DNA from: a bacterium
GTDB lineage: Bacteria; SAR324; XYD2-FULL-50-16
Direction of reading: 5' to 3'
Length of the DNA: 64,000 nt
Assembly: GCA_032250835.1 (NCBI GenBank)
Contig: JAVVEA010000005.1
Span: 32,001-96,000 of the forward strand
The notes under the pieces were generated by a model. That model did not search any database and was not told where the DNA came from. It saw only the letters and a list, made by a program, of their open reading frames with translations. Position numbers and translations under genes: made by a program. Positions 10,625-20,639 of this stretch are shown one piece after another. Numbering within the stretch: position 1 is the first letter of the stretch; each line of letters opens with the position of its first letter.

Positions 10625-10957
10625 ATGAACGCTTGGCTTTGGTTGCTTTTGGCGATTGCCGCTGAAGTGGGCGGGACCAGTGCGTTAAAGGCCTCCGAAG
10701 GGTTCACCCGGCCGGTCATGGGGATTTGGGTCTTTATCTGCTACTGCGCCAGTTTTTGGTGTCTTTCCAAGGCCATCACCCAGATCCCCCTAGGGGTAGC
10801 CTATGCCGTTTGGTCCGGGTTGGGCATGTGCGCCTTGGCCATTGTCGGATGGATAGTTTACCACCAAAAACCGGACCTCGGTGCCTGGGTTGGGATGGGA
10901 TTGATCCTCCTGGGTGTGGTGGTCCTTCAATTATTCTCTAAAACTCAGGCTACTTGA
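10625..10957 (+). CDS. SMR-family small multidrug transporter (EmrE/QacE-like)
   Basis: 110 aa, 4 TM, AIAAEVGGTSALKASEGF, AYAVWSGLG. Confidence 0.95.
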   Translation: MNAWLWLLLAIAAEVGGTSALKASEGFTRPVMGIWVFICYCASFWCLSKAITQIPLGVAYAVWSGLGMCALAIVGWIVYHQKPDLGAWVGMGLILLGVVVLQLFSKTQAT

Positions 10958-10964
10958 GCTGCTT

Positions 10965-11753
10965 ATGGACTTATCGCTAAAGGGCAAACGAGCCTTTCTT
11001 TCGGCCTCAAGCCGGGGCATCGGCCTGGGTGTCGCCCAGGTATTGGCCGCCGAAGGAGCTAGGCTGCACCTAGGCGCGCGTGACCTAGTCAGCTTAGAGC
11101 GTACCGCTAAAACTCTAGAAGACCAATATGGCCAAGCAGTCAGCTTTGCGCCCTTGGACATGTCCCGAGGCCCCTCGATTAACGAATGGGCCCAAATCGG
11201 GTTGCAACAATTAGGCGGTGCCGACCTGGCTTTGGTCAACGCGGGAGGACCCCCGGCGGGGGCTTTTTTGGGTTTCGAGGAAGCTCATTGGCAAGGGGCC
11301 TTTGAAACCAACCTACTCTCGGCGGTACGCCTAATCCGCGCCCTCTTGCCTTCGATGACCGCACAGGGGGCAGGGTCTTTGCTCTGCATCACCTCCACTG
11401 CCGTCAAGGAGCCTTTAGAGGGCCTGATTTTGTCTAATGTGATGCGCGCCGGGGTGGCGGCATTGGTGAAGAGTTTGTCCCGCGAATTGGGGCCCCAGGG
11501 CATCCGCATCAATAATTTGATGCCCGGCCGGATCGATACGGACCGAATCGCCAGTTTAGATGCCGCCCAAGGGCAAGCAAGGGGCACCACCGCCGCAGTA
11601 CAGCGAAAACTCGCCGAGCAAAGCATCCCCCTGAGGCGCTATGGGACCATAGAGGAGATGGGCCAAGCAGCGGCCTTTTTGTTGAGCGACGCCGCCAGCT
11701 ACCTAAGCGGCCAAAGCTTGGCGCTAGACGGAGGCCTGCTCAAGGCGCTTTAG
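10965..11753 (+). CDS. Short-chain dehydrogenase/reductase
   Basis: ASSRGIG, NAGGPP, LSNVMR, SYLSGQSLALDGG. Confidence 0.92.
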   Translation: MDLSLKGKRAFLSASSRGIGLGVAQVLAAEGARLHLGARDLVSLERTAKTLEDQYGQAVSFAPLDMSRGPSINEWAQIGLQQLGGADLALVNAGGPPAGAFLGFEEAHWQGAFETNLLSAVRLIRALLPSMTAQGAGSLLCITSTAVKEPLEGLILSNVMRAGVAALVKSLSRELGPQGIRINNLMPGRIDTDRIASLDAAQGQARGTTAAVQRKLAEQSIPLRRYGTIEEMGQAAAFLLSDAASYLSGQSLALDGGLLKAL

Positions 11754-14305
11754 CCCCCAGCCTTCAGGGCAACACGCAGGCGCTCGACGCCGTCGCTGAT
11801 CGATTGGGCCTGAAGCGCTTGTAAGTCAAATTGCGAACGGATGGAGCTGATTTTAGCCACCTTCTTGCGGTAATCGTCGGTTTCAAAAATCAAGTTGATC
11901 TGGGACTGCTCTAAAAGCTTCAAAAAACCTTTGGCGAAGTTACGGAACACCGAGGGATAAGGCTCAAGGTTTTTTGCAATACTCCCGATGCTGATCATCG
12001 GCTTTTCAGTTAGCGACAAAGAGAAGTAAGACTCCTCCACCGGCTGTTTGAGCCGAAGAAATAAGCGGCGCATCTCTTCTTCAATCTGGTGGAATACCTC
12101 TACCCGCTCGGGCAGAGCCTTGGGGCCTGATTCATGGGCGCGGACTAGTTCGACCATTTCGGTTAGATGCAAGCGGAATTTGGTATAAGCTTGGTTACCT
12201 ACCTCATCTAAGCTGAGGCTTGGGTTTTCGGTTTTGATACGCCGGATCAGCTGGTTATAGACCTGTTTTGACAGTTGGTTAGTCACCATACCTTCGGGGG
12301 GTCCAGCCTTGATGCTGAGCATATCACGCAAATAATGGATCACCGCCTTGCCCTGTACCGGGGTCAATTTAACCGGCTTGTTTTCAAACTCCTGCACCCG
12401 GCGCTCCAGGTCGCGTACCGTTTCGGCCTTGATCCATTTATCGTAATGCTGGTCCCGCTCTTTGACCAAATCACCGGCAAAGGACAGCATTTTGTCGCAC
12501 AACCATTGCAGGATCAGAGTATACTGCCGGGTGATTTGGGCAACGTCCCACTTTTCCTTTTCCCAAGGAAGCTCTTGGCGAGGCAAACAAATCAGGCAGT
12601 AAGCCGTATCTATTGGGTCATTCTCCCCCCTAGCGGGCGTGACCACCTTCAGGGCCTTAGCCTCATCTTCGGCGATTCCGGCCCAAGCGGTACCGCCCAA
12701 CAAAACGCCGGGTTTAAGAAAAAAGAGATCTTTATCGCCCTGTTTGAGCGTCAACCCGCTAGAAACAGGGAACCAATAGTTCGCCGCCAATTCACTAGGC
12801 TGCATAAAGTCGCCCGGCGTGGCGCGGAAAACATAAAACAGATTGTTGGCGACAGGAGCCGGGAGGCTGGGGATATTCAGCCCTAAGGTAGTCGCAAGGA
12901 AATTGTAGGCCTGCTCGATGCTCTGGCGCACAGCCTTCGAGCCCGAAGCCTTGACTAGGTCAATCCCGCGCGGAACTTCCTCATGGGTGTAATAAATCTC
13001 GCCCAGCCGCTTACCAACAGGAACCTCGACTTTACGCATGTGGGCATCGTAGCTGCGCATCATTTCGCGGGCCATGCGGTTGACTTGGGCCAAATCCACT
13101 GGTTTTTCTTCCTGGGCCTTGCCTAGGTCCAAGCTCATGCTGCGGACCCGCTCTAAAAAGCTTTGCATCCGCACAATGGAGCCGTTAAACTCATTTTCGC
13201 TTTTGGCGGCAATTTGGGCCGTCTTTTGGGCAAGCAGCGCTTTAATCCAGTTGGGCCGGGGGATCTTGAAGGCCGCTTCAAAGCTTTCCAGATAAGCAAA
13301 AAGATCTAAAAAGTTAATTTTTTGTCCCTTGCCGAAATGGGCTTCGGCTTGGTGTTCGATGCCCTCAATCAGCTCAAAGCGCTTTTCAAAGCTCCGCAGC
13401 AGGGTCAAAAGTTTGACCCGGAACAACTTGGGGTTAAATAGTTCGACTTCACCAATATCGATGGGCAGCGCCTTTTTGGGGAGGTGCTTGAGCACTCCTT
13501 TGGCGATTTCTTCTAGCCAACCTTGCCACAGCCGGTGCCGGGCCATGCTGTACTCCTCGGGCTTGAGCCGCTTCTTTAAAGGAGCCATCTTCAAGGTCAG
13601 AAATTTGGCCATCACCGCATAAAGATTTGGCCCCGTCGTATCTAAGTCGTCGGGCCAGCGGAAACCAATCAGTTTGTTGACCTGACGTTTGACATGTTCC
13701 CAAGTCTTGGGGTCCCAGTTGAGGTTTTTCTGGGACTCTAGGGATTTGGCAATCAGCTTGGTGTTGAGCGCATTCAAGAGGCTGTTCGCTTCTTCCCACA
13801 GGGCTTTCTGGTGAGCCATGTAGCTGAAGAGGCGGTCTTGAATGGTTTGGAACATGGCCGCGAAGATCGCCGATTCCTGCCCAAACTGGGGGTCTGGGAC
13901 CTGGGCCTTGAAGTCTTTGATGAACAATCCCATCGGGATTTTTAAAAACAAACAAACCGACCCCTTGGCGACGCGGATGGTGGCGGCGCGTGTCGAGTCG
14001 GACTCGATAATGCCCTTATCCCCCAACAGCGTGGGGCCTTTCATCTCCACCACCTGCTTACCGCCCACTAAGACGTCAACTTTGCCTTCACAGAGCAAGA
14101 ACAGATCTCGTCCTTTTTCCCCCTCGATGATGATGTCTTGTCCGGTGGAAAAAAAGCCGAACTGAACCGATTTGACCAAGCGTTTGCCCAAGACGCCCAG
14201 ACAAGACCGAGTCAAGGGGTAGGCGGCCAGTAGCTCTTCGCCAAAAGCAGCGGCGCGGTCGCCTGCTTCATGCAGGGTGTAATATCGATTGTAATCCCAG
14301 CTCAT
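11750..14305 (-). CDS. Large cyclic-nucleotide-binding domain protein
   Basis: N-terminal cNMP domain (IIIEGEKGRDLFLLCEGKVDV...LLGDKG...TRAATI); long helical remainder. Confidence 0.85.
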   Translation of the reverse strand: MSWDYNRYYTLHEAGDRAAAFGEELLAAYPLTRSCLGVLGKRLVKSVQFGFFSTGQDIIIEGEKGRDLFLLCEGKVDVLVGGKQVVEMKGPTLLGDKGIIESDSTRAATIRVAKGSVCLFLKIPMGLFIKDFKAQVPDPQFGQESAIFAAMFQTIQDRLFSYMAHQKALWEEANSLLNALNTKLIAKSLESQKNLNWDPKTWEHVKRQVNKLIGFRWPDDLDTTGPNLYAVMAKFLTLKMAPLKKRLKPEEYSMARHRLWQGWLEEIAKGVLKHLPKKALPIDIGEVELFNPKLFRVKLLTLLRSFEKRFELIEGIEHQAEAHFGKGQKINFLDLFAYLESFEAAFKIPRPNWIKALLAQKTAQIAAKSENEFNGSIVRMQSFLERVRSMSLDLGKAQEEKPVDLAQVNRMAREMMRSYDAHMRKVEVPVGKRLGEIYYTHEEVPRGIDLVKASGSKAVRQSIEQAYNFLATTLGLNIPSLPAPVANNLFYVFRATPGDFMQPSELAANYWFPVSSGLTLKQGDKDLFFLKPGVLLGGTAWAGIAEDEAKALKVVTPARGENDPIDTAYCLICLPRQELPWEKEKWDVAQITRQYTLILQWLCDKMLSFAGDLVKERDQHYDKWIKAETVRDLERRVQEFENKPVKLTPVQGKAVIHYLRDMLSIKAGPPEGMVTNQLSKQVYNQLIRRIKTENPSLSLDEVGNQAYTKFRLHLTEMVELVRAHESGPKALPERVEVFHQIEEEMRRLFLRLKQPVEESYFSLSLTEKPMISIGSIAKNLEPYPSVFRNFAKGFLKLLEQSQINLIFETDDYRKKVAKISSIRSQFDLQALQAQSISDGVERLRVALKAGG

Positions 14306-14367
14306 TTCCTTGAGTCCCTTGGCCCGAAATCACGATGATCGAATGGGGTTCCCCTGTTATGCACGAC

Positions 14368-16479
14368 CTATTCCGTTTCCTGAGCGGCTCGTTTTTCGGC
14401 GATTAGGGCACCTACGCTGGCCAGTTTGCCATAGATAACTTCTTGGGAAAAGGGCTTTCCCACGTAATCGTCCATTCCGCCTTTTAGATAACGTTGTTTG
14501 TCGTCATCAAAGACATTGGCGGTCAGGGCAATGATGAACGGGGCCTTGACGCCCATTTTGGCCTGTATTCGCTGGGTAGCGGTCAGGCCGTCCATCTCGG
14601 GCATCTGGATATCCATAAACACCAAGTCGTACTTCTTGATGGCCACGCGGCTGAGCGCCTCAAGCCCGTTGTTGGCAACATCGGGCTGGTAACCGGCTTT
14701 GATCAATAACTTGGCTAGTAGACGCTGGTTGATCCGGTTGTCTTCCACCACCAGAATATCCATCGGATAACTTTCGCCCATCAACTGGCCCAGAACCTCG
14801 GGCCGTTCTAGGTGGTATTTACCCAAAAGGTCGTTGAGCGCGCGCCGCAAGCTACGCTCACGGATGGGCTTAAAGAGGTGGCGGCAATGGTCGGTCAACA
14901 CCTTCATCCCCGAGCCTTGCCCCATGCGCGTCACCAACAACAAAGGCAGTTTGGCTCTGCTGGGCAGTGCGGCAATTTGCTCTAACAGTCTAGCCCCGCT
15001 GGATTCGGTCCCTTCGAGGCACAGGATGGCCAAGTCAAAGCTCTGCTCTCCCGCTAAGGTTTCCATCAGCTCTTCACGCATGCGGATCAGTTGGACGTCC
15101 ATGCCCCAGCGGCTGAGCCTTTCGACCAAGGCTTCCCCCTGCTCTAGGCTGCGTTCAAAAACCACCACGTGCTTCCCTTCAGGTAAGGTCCATTCGGGCT
15201 CCACCACTCTAGCCACCGGCTCAACGGGGACCGCAAAAAAGAACCGACTGCCCTTACCTTCTTCGCTCTCAAACCAAATACGAGCGTCCATCAATTCGCA
15301 AAGGTGCTTGGAAATAACCAGCCCCAGCCCGGTCCCGCCGTGGCGGCGGGTGATGGAGCTATCGACCTGATAAAAGGGTTGGAACAATTCATCCTGTTTG
15401 GGTTCCGGGATGCCAATGCCGCTGTCGCGTACCTCAAAAACCAATTCGTCGCCTGCTTCATGTCCTTCTTGGGCGATGTGCATCTCGGCTAGTAATTGGA
15501 CGTCCCCCGTATCGGTAAATTTGATGGCATTGGAGAGTAGGTTGTTGATTACCTGAGCAATGCGCTTAGCGTCGCCACGGATGGCCAAGGGGAGATCGCC
15601 GGGTAAGCGGCTGAAGAGTTCTAATCCGCGGTTCGCCGCCGCCGCAGCGTGGATCGCCAAGCAGTCTTCAATGACCTCGCGCGGATTGAGTTCTTCGATC
15701 TCAACCCGTAGGTCTTCTTCTTCTAGCTGACTGTAATCTAAAATGTCATTAATGATCCCTAAGAGATTGCGCCCGCTCATCAAGATCGAATCGGTGAACT
15801 CACGCTGCTCTGAGTTGACTTCGGAACTTAGCAGCAATTCAGCCATCCCCAAAATCCCGTTTAAGGGGGTGCGGATTTCGTGGCTCATGGTGGCAATGAA
15901 GGCGGCCTTGGCGTTGGCCGCCGACTCGGCAATCTTCTTTTCCTTTTGCAGCTGCTTGTGTTTTTCCGCTAGCGCTTGCTGGGTCTTATTTAGGTAGATG
16001 TTGACGATTTCATACTGTTTGGCCTTGTAGGTGGTCAGCGCCAGCTTGTCGGTCAACACGGCCGCAAAGAGGCGGTAGAGAATATGGTTGATCCGCTCGA
16101 CGTCAATGTCGGTGTACTTGCCAATATTGCGGCCCTTGACCGTAAAGACCTGTACCCGGGTCTTGGCGAGAACGGTGGCACTGGCGGGTTTGGAGCTGAT
16201 CACGCTCATTTCGCCAAAGAGGTCCCCCTGGCGCTTGAGTTCTAGAATGAATTCACCGCCCGAATAGATTTCCACCCCGCCGCGGATCAAGAAGAAGACC
16301 CGGTCGTTCTCTTGGCCTTCGACTAAAATTTCATCGCCTGGCTCATAGGTGCGTAAATCGGCCAACGGAACGAGCTGGTTGAGCAAATCGCCGGGAATAT
16401 GGCTGAACAAGCGCGAAGCGCGCATGTATTCGATCAGCTCTTCATTTCGGTTGTTGATGAATTCATCTTGGAAGGACAT
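14368..16479 (-). CDS. Cytoplasmic hybrid histidine kinase with N-terminal cNMP-binding domain and receiver domains
   Basis: cNMP domain (GDLFGEMS), MSHEIRTPLNGILG, NLLSNAIKFT, DSGIGI, GGTGLGL, terminal REC (FMDIQMPEMDG); no TM. Confidence 0.95.
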   Translation of the reverse strand: MSFQDEFINNRNEELIEYMRASRLFSHIPGDLLNQLVPLADLRTYEPGDEILVEGQENDRVFFLIRGGVEIYSGGEFILELKRQGDLFGEMSVISSKPASATVLAKTRVQVFTVKGRNIGKYTDIDVERINHILYRLFAAVLTDKLALTTYKAKQYEIVNIYLNKTQQALAEKHKQLQKEKKIAESAANAKAAFIATMSHEIRTPLNGILGMAELLLSSEVNSEQREFTDSILMSGRNLLGIINDILDYSQLEEEDLRVEIEELNPREVIEDCLAIHAAAAANRGLELFSRLPGDLPLAIRGDAKRIAQVINNLLSNAIKFTDTGDVQLLAEMHIAQEGHEAGDELVFEVRDSGIGIPEPKQDELFQPFYQVDSSITRRHGGTGLGLVISKHLCELMDARIWFESEEGKGSRFFFAVPVEPVARVVEPEWTLPEGKHVVVFERSLEQGEALVERLSRWGMDVQLIRMREELMETLAGEQSFDLAILCLEGTESSGARLLEQIAALPSRAKLPLLLVTRMGQGSGMKVLTDHCRHLFKPIRERSLRRALNDLLGKYHLERPEVLGQLMGESYPMDILVVEDNRINQRLLAKLLIKAGYQPDVANNGLEALSRVAIKKYDLVFMDIQMPEMDGLTATQRIQAKMGVKAPFIIALTANVFDDDKQRYLKGGMDDYVGKPFSQEVIYGKLASVGALIAEKRAAQETE

Positions 16480-16550
16480 GGCTTCAGCCCACTTTTGGGT
16501 TTTAGGGCCAGTATAGCCACCTATCAAAGGGATTGAAAGGCTTAATTGCT

Positions 16551-16734
16551 TTAGCCATTACCGCAAAGACAACCGGGCGAGCCCAAACCAGCCAATGCCT
16601 AAGGGACAAGCAGGAAAGGCGAAGCACAAGAAAAACCAGGGGGACTTTGACGGGCCTTCCCTTAAGGGAGTCGCCGACTAAATAAGAAGAGATTGCCAAT
16701 CTGGCAAAAGGCGCGTCTTTGATGATGCCGCTAA
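16551..16734. ncRNA. Candidate 184 nt rod-like structured RNA (6S RNA-like)
   Basis: Nested complementarity TTAGC/GCTAA, CAAAGAC/GTCTTTG, CCAG..CAAT/ATTG..CTGG, GGCGA/TCGCC around an unpaired bubble; intergenic. Confidence 0.4.
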
Positions 16735-16754
16735 GATACGAATATCTTAGGAAT

Positions 16755-16831
16755 TGGCATCCCCAAGGGGATTCGAACCCCTGTTACCAACGTGAAAGGC
16801 TGGTGTCCTAGGCCGACTAGACGATGGGGAC
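16755..16831 (-). tRNA. tRNA-Glu(TTC)
   Basis: Cloverleaf GTCCCCATCGTCTAG...CTTTCAC...GGTTCGAATCC...GCCA with encoded CCA. Confidence 0.97.
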
Positions 16832-16852
16832 GCTTCTGTTCTATCCGCGGAA

Positions 16853-16928
16853 TGGTGAGCCGGGGGGGGGTCGAACCCCCGACAACCTGATTAAAAGTCA
16901 GGTGCTCTACCAACTGAGCTACCGGCCC
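16853..16928 (-). tRNA. tRNA-Lys(TTT)
   Basis: GGGCCGGTAGCTCAGTTGGTAGAGC...CTTTTAA...GGTTCGAC...ACCA. Confidence 0.97.
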
Positions 16929-16948
16929 CTGCCGCGTAATATTTCGCC

Positions 16949-16977
16949 AACGTACGGGACCGTTGTTTGGATGTCAA
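16949..16977 (-). promoter_or_regulatory. Sigma70-like promoter of the tRNA-Lys/tRNA-Glu operon
   Basis: TTGACA-17 bp-TACGTT on minus strand ~20 nt upstream of tRNA-Lys. Confidence 0.6.
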
Positions 16978-17578
16978 CCTGATTTTTTCCGGTGTCTTTC
17001 CTCGCTCCCTGCGTGCTCAATAGCCCCAATGTTTAGGTGAACCTTGCTTTTCTGTAAAGACCTTTTTGTGAACATTTCTAAAGCGTTTATATTTTAGTCA
17101 GAACCAACTGGCCCCATTCAAAGCAACCGCACCTTCGGGGGAAAAGCTTATCCTGATTAGGTCCATTTTTTTTAAAAGGCACTGCCCAAAAAGCGGCGCA
17201 CCCCCTTGGCAACGCCGCCAAAAAAGCAACCAGAACTGGGTTAGCGCCGGTTGGCACGATCCAATTAGGGCCCTCCAGCAACTGCGCAGAATGGTAAAGC
17301 CCTCTGGCGCTTCGCTTTTAAGGTCTATTATAAACTGTTGCACCCCTTTTACTCTCCCCAAGAGCGATAAAATCACTTATCCTGAACTAAACACTTAATT
17401 CTTTAACCAAGCCCTACAAAACCCCGTTTCAAAGGCTTTAAATAGAGCCCCAGGGCTTTTCGCAGACCAACATCCGCCTCGCGGAATAGTCACCACAGAC
17501 CTAAGCGGATTTCAAACCGGCGGACCCGAAGCAGCCCTAAGGGGTCCTCCAAAAGCTTGATCCCCCCAACGATTTCTT

Positions 17579-19453
17579 ATGAGCCAAATTTTCGGCCCTT
17601 TGGCCTATTTTAGTCTCTTCTGCTTCCTGCCCGGACTCTGGTTAGCGCGGTTAGGTTATCGTAAAGGATTTTGGACCAAAAATCGTCCGACTCTGGCCTT
17701 AGGGCTGGGGCTTAGTTGGCACCTATACAGCCTGCTGGCCTTTCATGCCCTTTCACTGCGCTTTGGACTAAGCCCCTGGATTTACTTTGGCAGCCATTTT
17801 CTTTTCCTGTGGCTACTGCGCGACTGGTTGGGGCCTAAGGGGCTTTCCGAGCGGCTGTTTCGGGTCTTGACCTACCACCGTCTTTCCCAGTTAGGTTTGC
17901 TGGGGGCGACGCTGATTGTGGTCGCCCTTTTAGCCAACCAAGCTCAATTGCCCAGACTATGGGACCGGCCTATGGTCGATTTGGAAAGCCTAGGCACCTT
18001 AGAAGCGCTCAAGCTAAATTTCCCGCCCCAAAACTTCTTTTTTGCCTTAACAGGCAAGGGATCGGTCTATCATCTAGCCGAACTCATGGCCCTCTATTTA
18101 AGCAAATTTCTGGGCCACCGGGGAGACCAAGCCTACTTCTTTGAACTCACGCTGCTTAACTGGGCCATAATCTATCTGGGATTCTCCGCCTTAGTTGACC
18201 GGTGGCCAGGGCGGCGTTTATTGGTTTGGCTGCTTTTTTGGTTGCTGTTGGCGGGATTTGGCTCCATCAGCGAACGCTGGCATCTCGCCCTGTTAGACCC
18301 CTCCTTTGGGCTCGCTTTGGCTTTATTACTGATGCAACTCTTCAGTTTATTAGAAGTGCGCCGAGGGAACCCTTCGGGCTTGCTACTGATCTCCTTGGCG
18401 CTAGGTCCGCTGGTAGTGATGACCCAGCCGGTTTTGGCCGTCGCGGCGGTATTGCCGGGCTTTTTCCTGTCCTTCTTTTGGTGGATTAGCAAAACCAGTT
18501 TACCGCCGCTGTTTTTTCTGAGTTGGTTTTGGCCCGCCATGTTAGGGTGGCTCTATTTCCAGGCCCAAGGTATGGGGAGCTTTCAGCTTCCAGTAGAGGT
18601 GGACCGGTGGAGTTGGAACACTGCGGCTGCTATGGATGCCGTTAGGCAACTGCCGGGACTCTCAAGGTGGGTGCTCGAAACCGCCTCGCCCAAGTCGATG
18701 GTCTTGCCGGGGATTTTATGGCCTCTATTTGCTTTATTGGTGAGCTTTAAAACCTGGTTCTTGCTGCTCGCCGCTCCCTTTTGGACCGGTCAATCTCGGG
18801 TCCATTCTGAGCCCGGCGTTTGGTCGCTATTCCTGGCGGCAGTGGTGCATCTATTCTTGTTCCAGCACCTCAACCTAGAACCCCACGGAATGGGCGGGTA
18901 TCCCTTTTTGTTCCTCTTTATGTTGCTTTTGGCCTTAGTCGCGGCCATGCAGTTCCAGCCAGCGATCCCCCGGCGCAACCAGCGCCCGGCTTATCTTTTC
19001 TTAGTCTTTTTGTACCTGATCGCCTCGGCCCAATTTATCTTTTCCGACCGCCCTGGTTTCGGCCCTAAGCCTTCTGGGCTTGCGGTCAGTAGCCAAGAGA
19101 TCTTAGCCTTGCAGGCCATCAAACGCTCCAGTCCACCGGGCCGACGCCTGTTGCATGACCAACTGGAAGCACCGCAAAGTTATGCCTTTGCTTTATTGGC
19201 CCAACGCCCCTCGGTAGCTAGCGCGCCCTCACCTTGGCCCCGGCCTGCAGAAGACTGGCTACGCCGACGAGCGCGCAAGATTTTATTTGAGCCCATGGCC
19301 TTGCCACTGCGCCGAGCAGCACTAGAGGAGTTAAAGGTAGGGGCTATTTTGGCTTACAGCCCCTTGGCCTTTGACCCAACCGAATTAGGCTGGCTGGAAC
19401 AAAGCTTTGGGGAGGGCCTTACGATTTGGCTGCAACCAGCCCCCCTGAATTGA
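17579..19453 (+). CDS. Polytopic membrane protein, possibly GT-C-like
   Basis: Many hydrophobic segments plus soluble C-terminal domain; function not recognised. Confidence 0.65.
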   Translation: MSQIFGPLAYFSLFCFLPGLWLARLGYRKGFWTKNRPTLALGLGLSWHLYSLLAFHALSLRFGLSPWIYFGSHFLFLWLLRDWLGPKGLSERLFRVLTYHRLSQLGLLGATLIVVALLANQAQLPRLWDRPMVDLESLGTLEALKLNFPPQNFFFALTGKGSVYHLAELMALYLSKFLGHRGDQAYFFELTLLNWAIIYLGFSALVDRWPGRRLLVWLLFWLLLAGFGSISERWHLALLDPSFGLALALLLMQLFSLLEVRRGNPSGLLLISLALGPLVVMTQPVLAVAAVLPGFFLSFFWWISKTSLPPLFFLSWFWPAMLGWLYFQAQGMGSFQLPVEVDRWSWNTAAAMDAVRQLPGLSRWVLETASPKSMVLPGILWPLFALLVSFKTWFLLLAAPFWTGQSRVHSEPGVWSLFLAAVVHLFLFQHLNLEPHGMGGYPFLFLFMLLLALVAAMQFQPAIPRRNQRPAYLFLVFLYLIASAQFIFSDRPGFGPKPSGLAVSSQEILALQAIKRSSPPGRRLLHDQLEAPQSYAFALLAQRPSVASAPSPWPRPAEDWLRRRARKILFEPMALPLRRAALEELKVGAILAYSPLAFDPTELGWLEQSFGEGLTIWLQPAPLN

Positions 19454-19457
19454 GGCC

Positions 19458-19486
19458 AAAAAAAAGGGCCCGAAGGCCCTTTCTTT
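19458..19486. terminator. Bidirectional rho-independent terminator
   Basis: A-tract-GGGCC-CGAA-GGCCC-TTTCTTT between convergent genes. Confidence 0.85.
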
Positions 19487-19503
19487 CAATGATCTTGGTT
19501 TAG

Positions 19504-20529
19504 TTAACCAAAGATACTTTTGCCATTAGAGCGCAGCGCCTCGCAGGCCTCGACGATCCGTTTGGCCATGGCGTCCTCACCTTTTTTCAAATAAGCGCGG
19601 GGGTCATAAAGCTTTTTATTACCCACTTCCCCTTCAACCTTCAATACGCCGTCATAATTTTTGAGCATGTGGTCAACAATCGGGCGGGTAAAGGCATATT
19701 GGGTGTCCGTGTCAATATTCATCTTGATCACGCCGTAATCCAAGGTTTCACGGATTTCTTCTAAGCTCGACCCGGAGCCGCCATGAAAGACCAAATCCAT
19801 CTTGGCCTTCGCGCCGTGTTTGCCGGTCACTACATCTTGCCCAGCCTTTAAAATCGAAGGCTTAAGCTTCACGTTGCCGGGCTTGTATACGCCGTGGACA
19901 TTGCCGAAGGTGGCCGCCAACATAAAGCGACCTTTAGTACCCAACGCCTCATAGGCATTTAACATGTCTTCAGGGGTAGTGTAGAGCTTTTCTGCCGGTA
20001 AATTTTCGTTAGAAACGCCGTCTTCCTCACCACCGACGACACCAATCTCCACTTCTAAGATGATGTCCAACGCAGCGCATTCTTCCATCAAGCTTTGGCT
20101 GATCTGCATGTTTTCGCCCAAAGGCAACTCGGAGCCGTCAAACATGTGGCTGTTGAAGAGGTTGGGCAGGCCAGCCTGACGGCGGCGCTTGGTTTCTTCC
20201 ATCAAAGGCCGCACAAAGCTATCGAGCTTGCCCGGTTGGCAATGGTCGGTATGCAGCGCAACAACAACGTTGTACTTTTCGGCCAAAAGGTGCACATGCT
20301 GGGCTAGGCTGATCGCGCCTAGGGCTGAGTCGTTGACCGAAAGTCCCGAGGCGAACTGTCCGCCACCAGTAGAAACTTGAATGATCCCATCGGAGCCCGC
20401 ATCAGCCAGCCCTTTGAGCACCGCGTTGGCGGTGGACATGCTAGAAACGTTAATCGCCGGATAGGCGTATTGGTTTTCCTTGGCGGCGTCGAGCATCTTG
20501 CAGTAAGTCTTAAAATCCGCAACCGGCAT
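19504..20529 (-). CDS. fbaA: Class II fructose-bisphosphate aldolase
   Basis: LHTDHC, HMFDGS, GNVHGVYKPGNV, VFHGGSG, KMNIDTDTQ, YDPR. Confidence 0.97.
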   Translation of the reverse strand: MPVADFKTYCKMLDAAKENQYAYPAINVSSMSTANAVLKGLADAGSDGIIQVSTGGGQFASGLSVNDSALGAISLAQHVHLLAEKYNVVVALHTDHCQPGKLDSFVRPLMEETKRRRQAGLPNLFNSHMFDGSELPLGENMQISQSLMEECAALDIILEVEIGVVGGEEDGVSNENLPAEKLYTTPEDMLNAYEALGTKGRFMLAATFGNVHGVYKPGNVKLKPSILKAGQDVVTGKHGAKAKMDLVFHGGSGSSLEEIRETLDYGVIKMNIDTDTQYAFTRPIVDHMLKNYDGVLKVEGEVGNKKLYDPRAYLKKGEDAMAKRIVEACEALRSNGKSIFG

Positions 20530-20639
20530 TGATTCCTCCTGAGGAAATTGTTAAACAGGTTCGGTAGTGTTGTTGTCCCTTCACTACCCCAAATACCGGC
20601 CAAAGTACAGCCTTTTCCCTTAAGAACCCAGGCACCCAC

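Noticed and set aside
12275-12886. 203 aa plus-strand ORF and similar nested ORFs throughout
   Set aside because: Antisense or alternate-frame shadows of longer motif-bearing genes
16551-16734. tmRNA, RNase P RNA or SRP RNA
   Set aside because: Lacks tRNA-like ends, the GAGGAAAGUCC motif and the SRP domain IV motif
16862-16870. G9 run as phase-variable tract or sequencing error
   Set aside because: Exactly accounted for by the T-loop, T-stem and acceptor stem of tRNA-Lys
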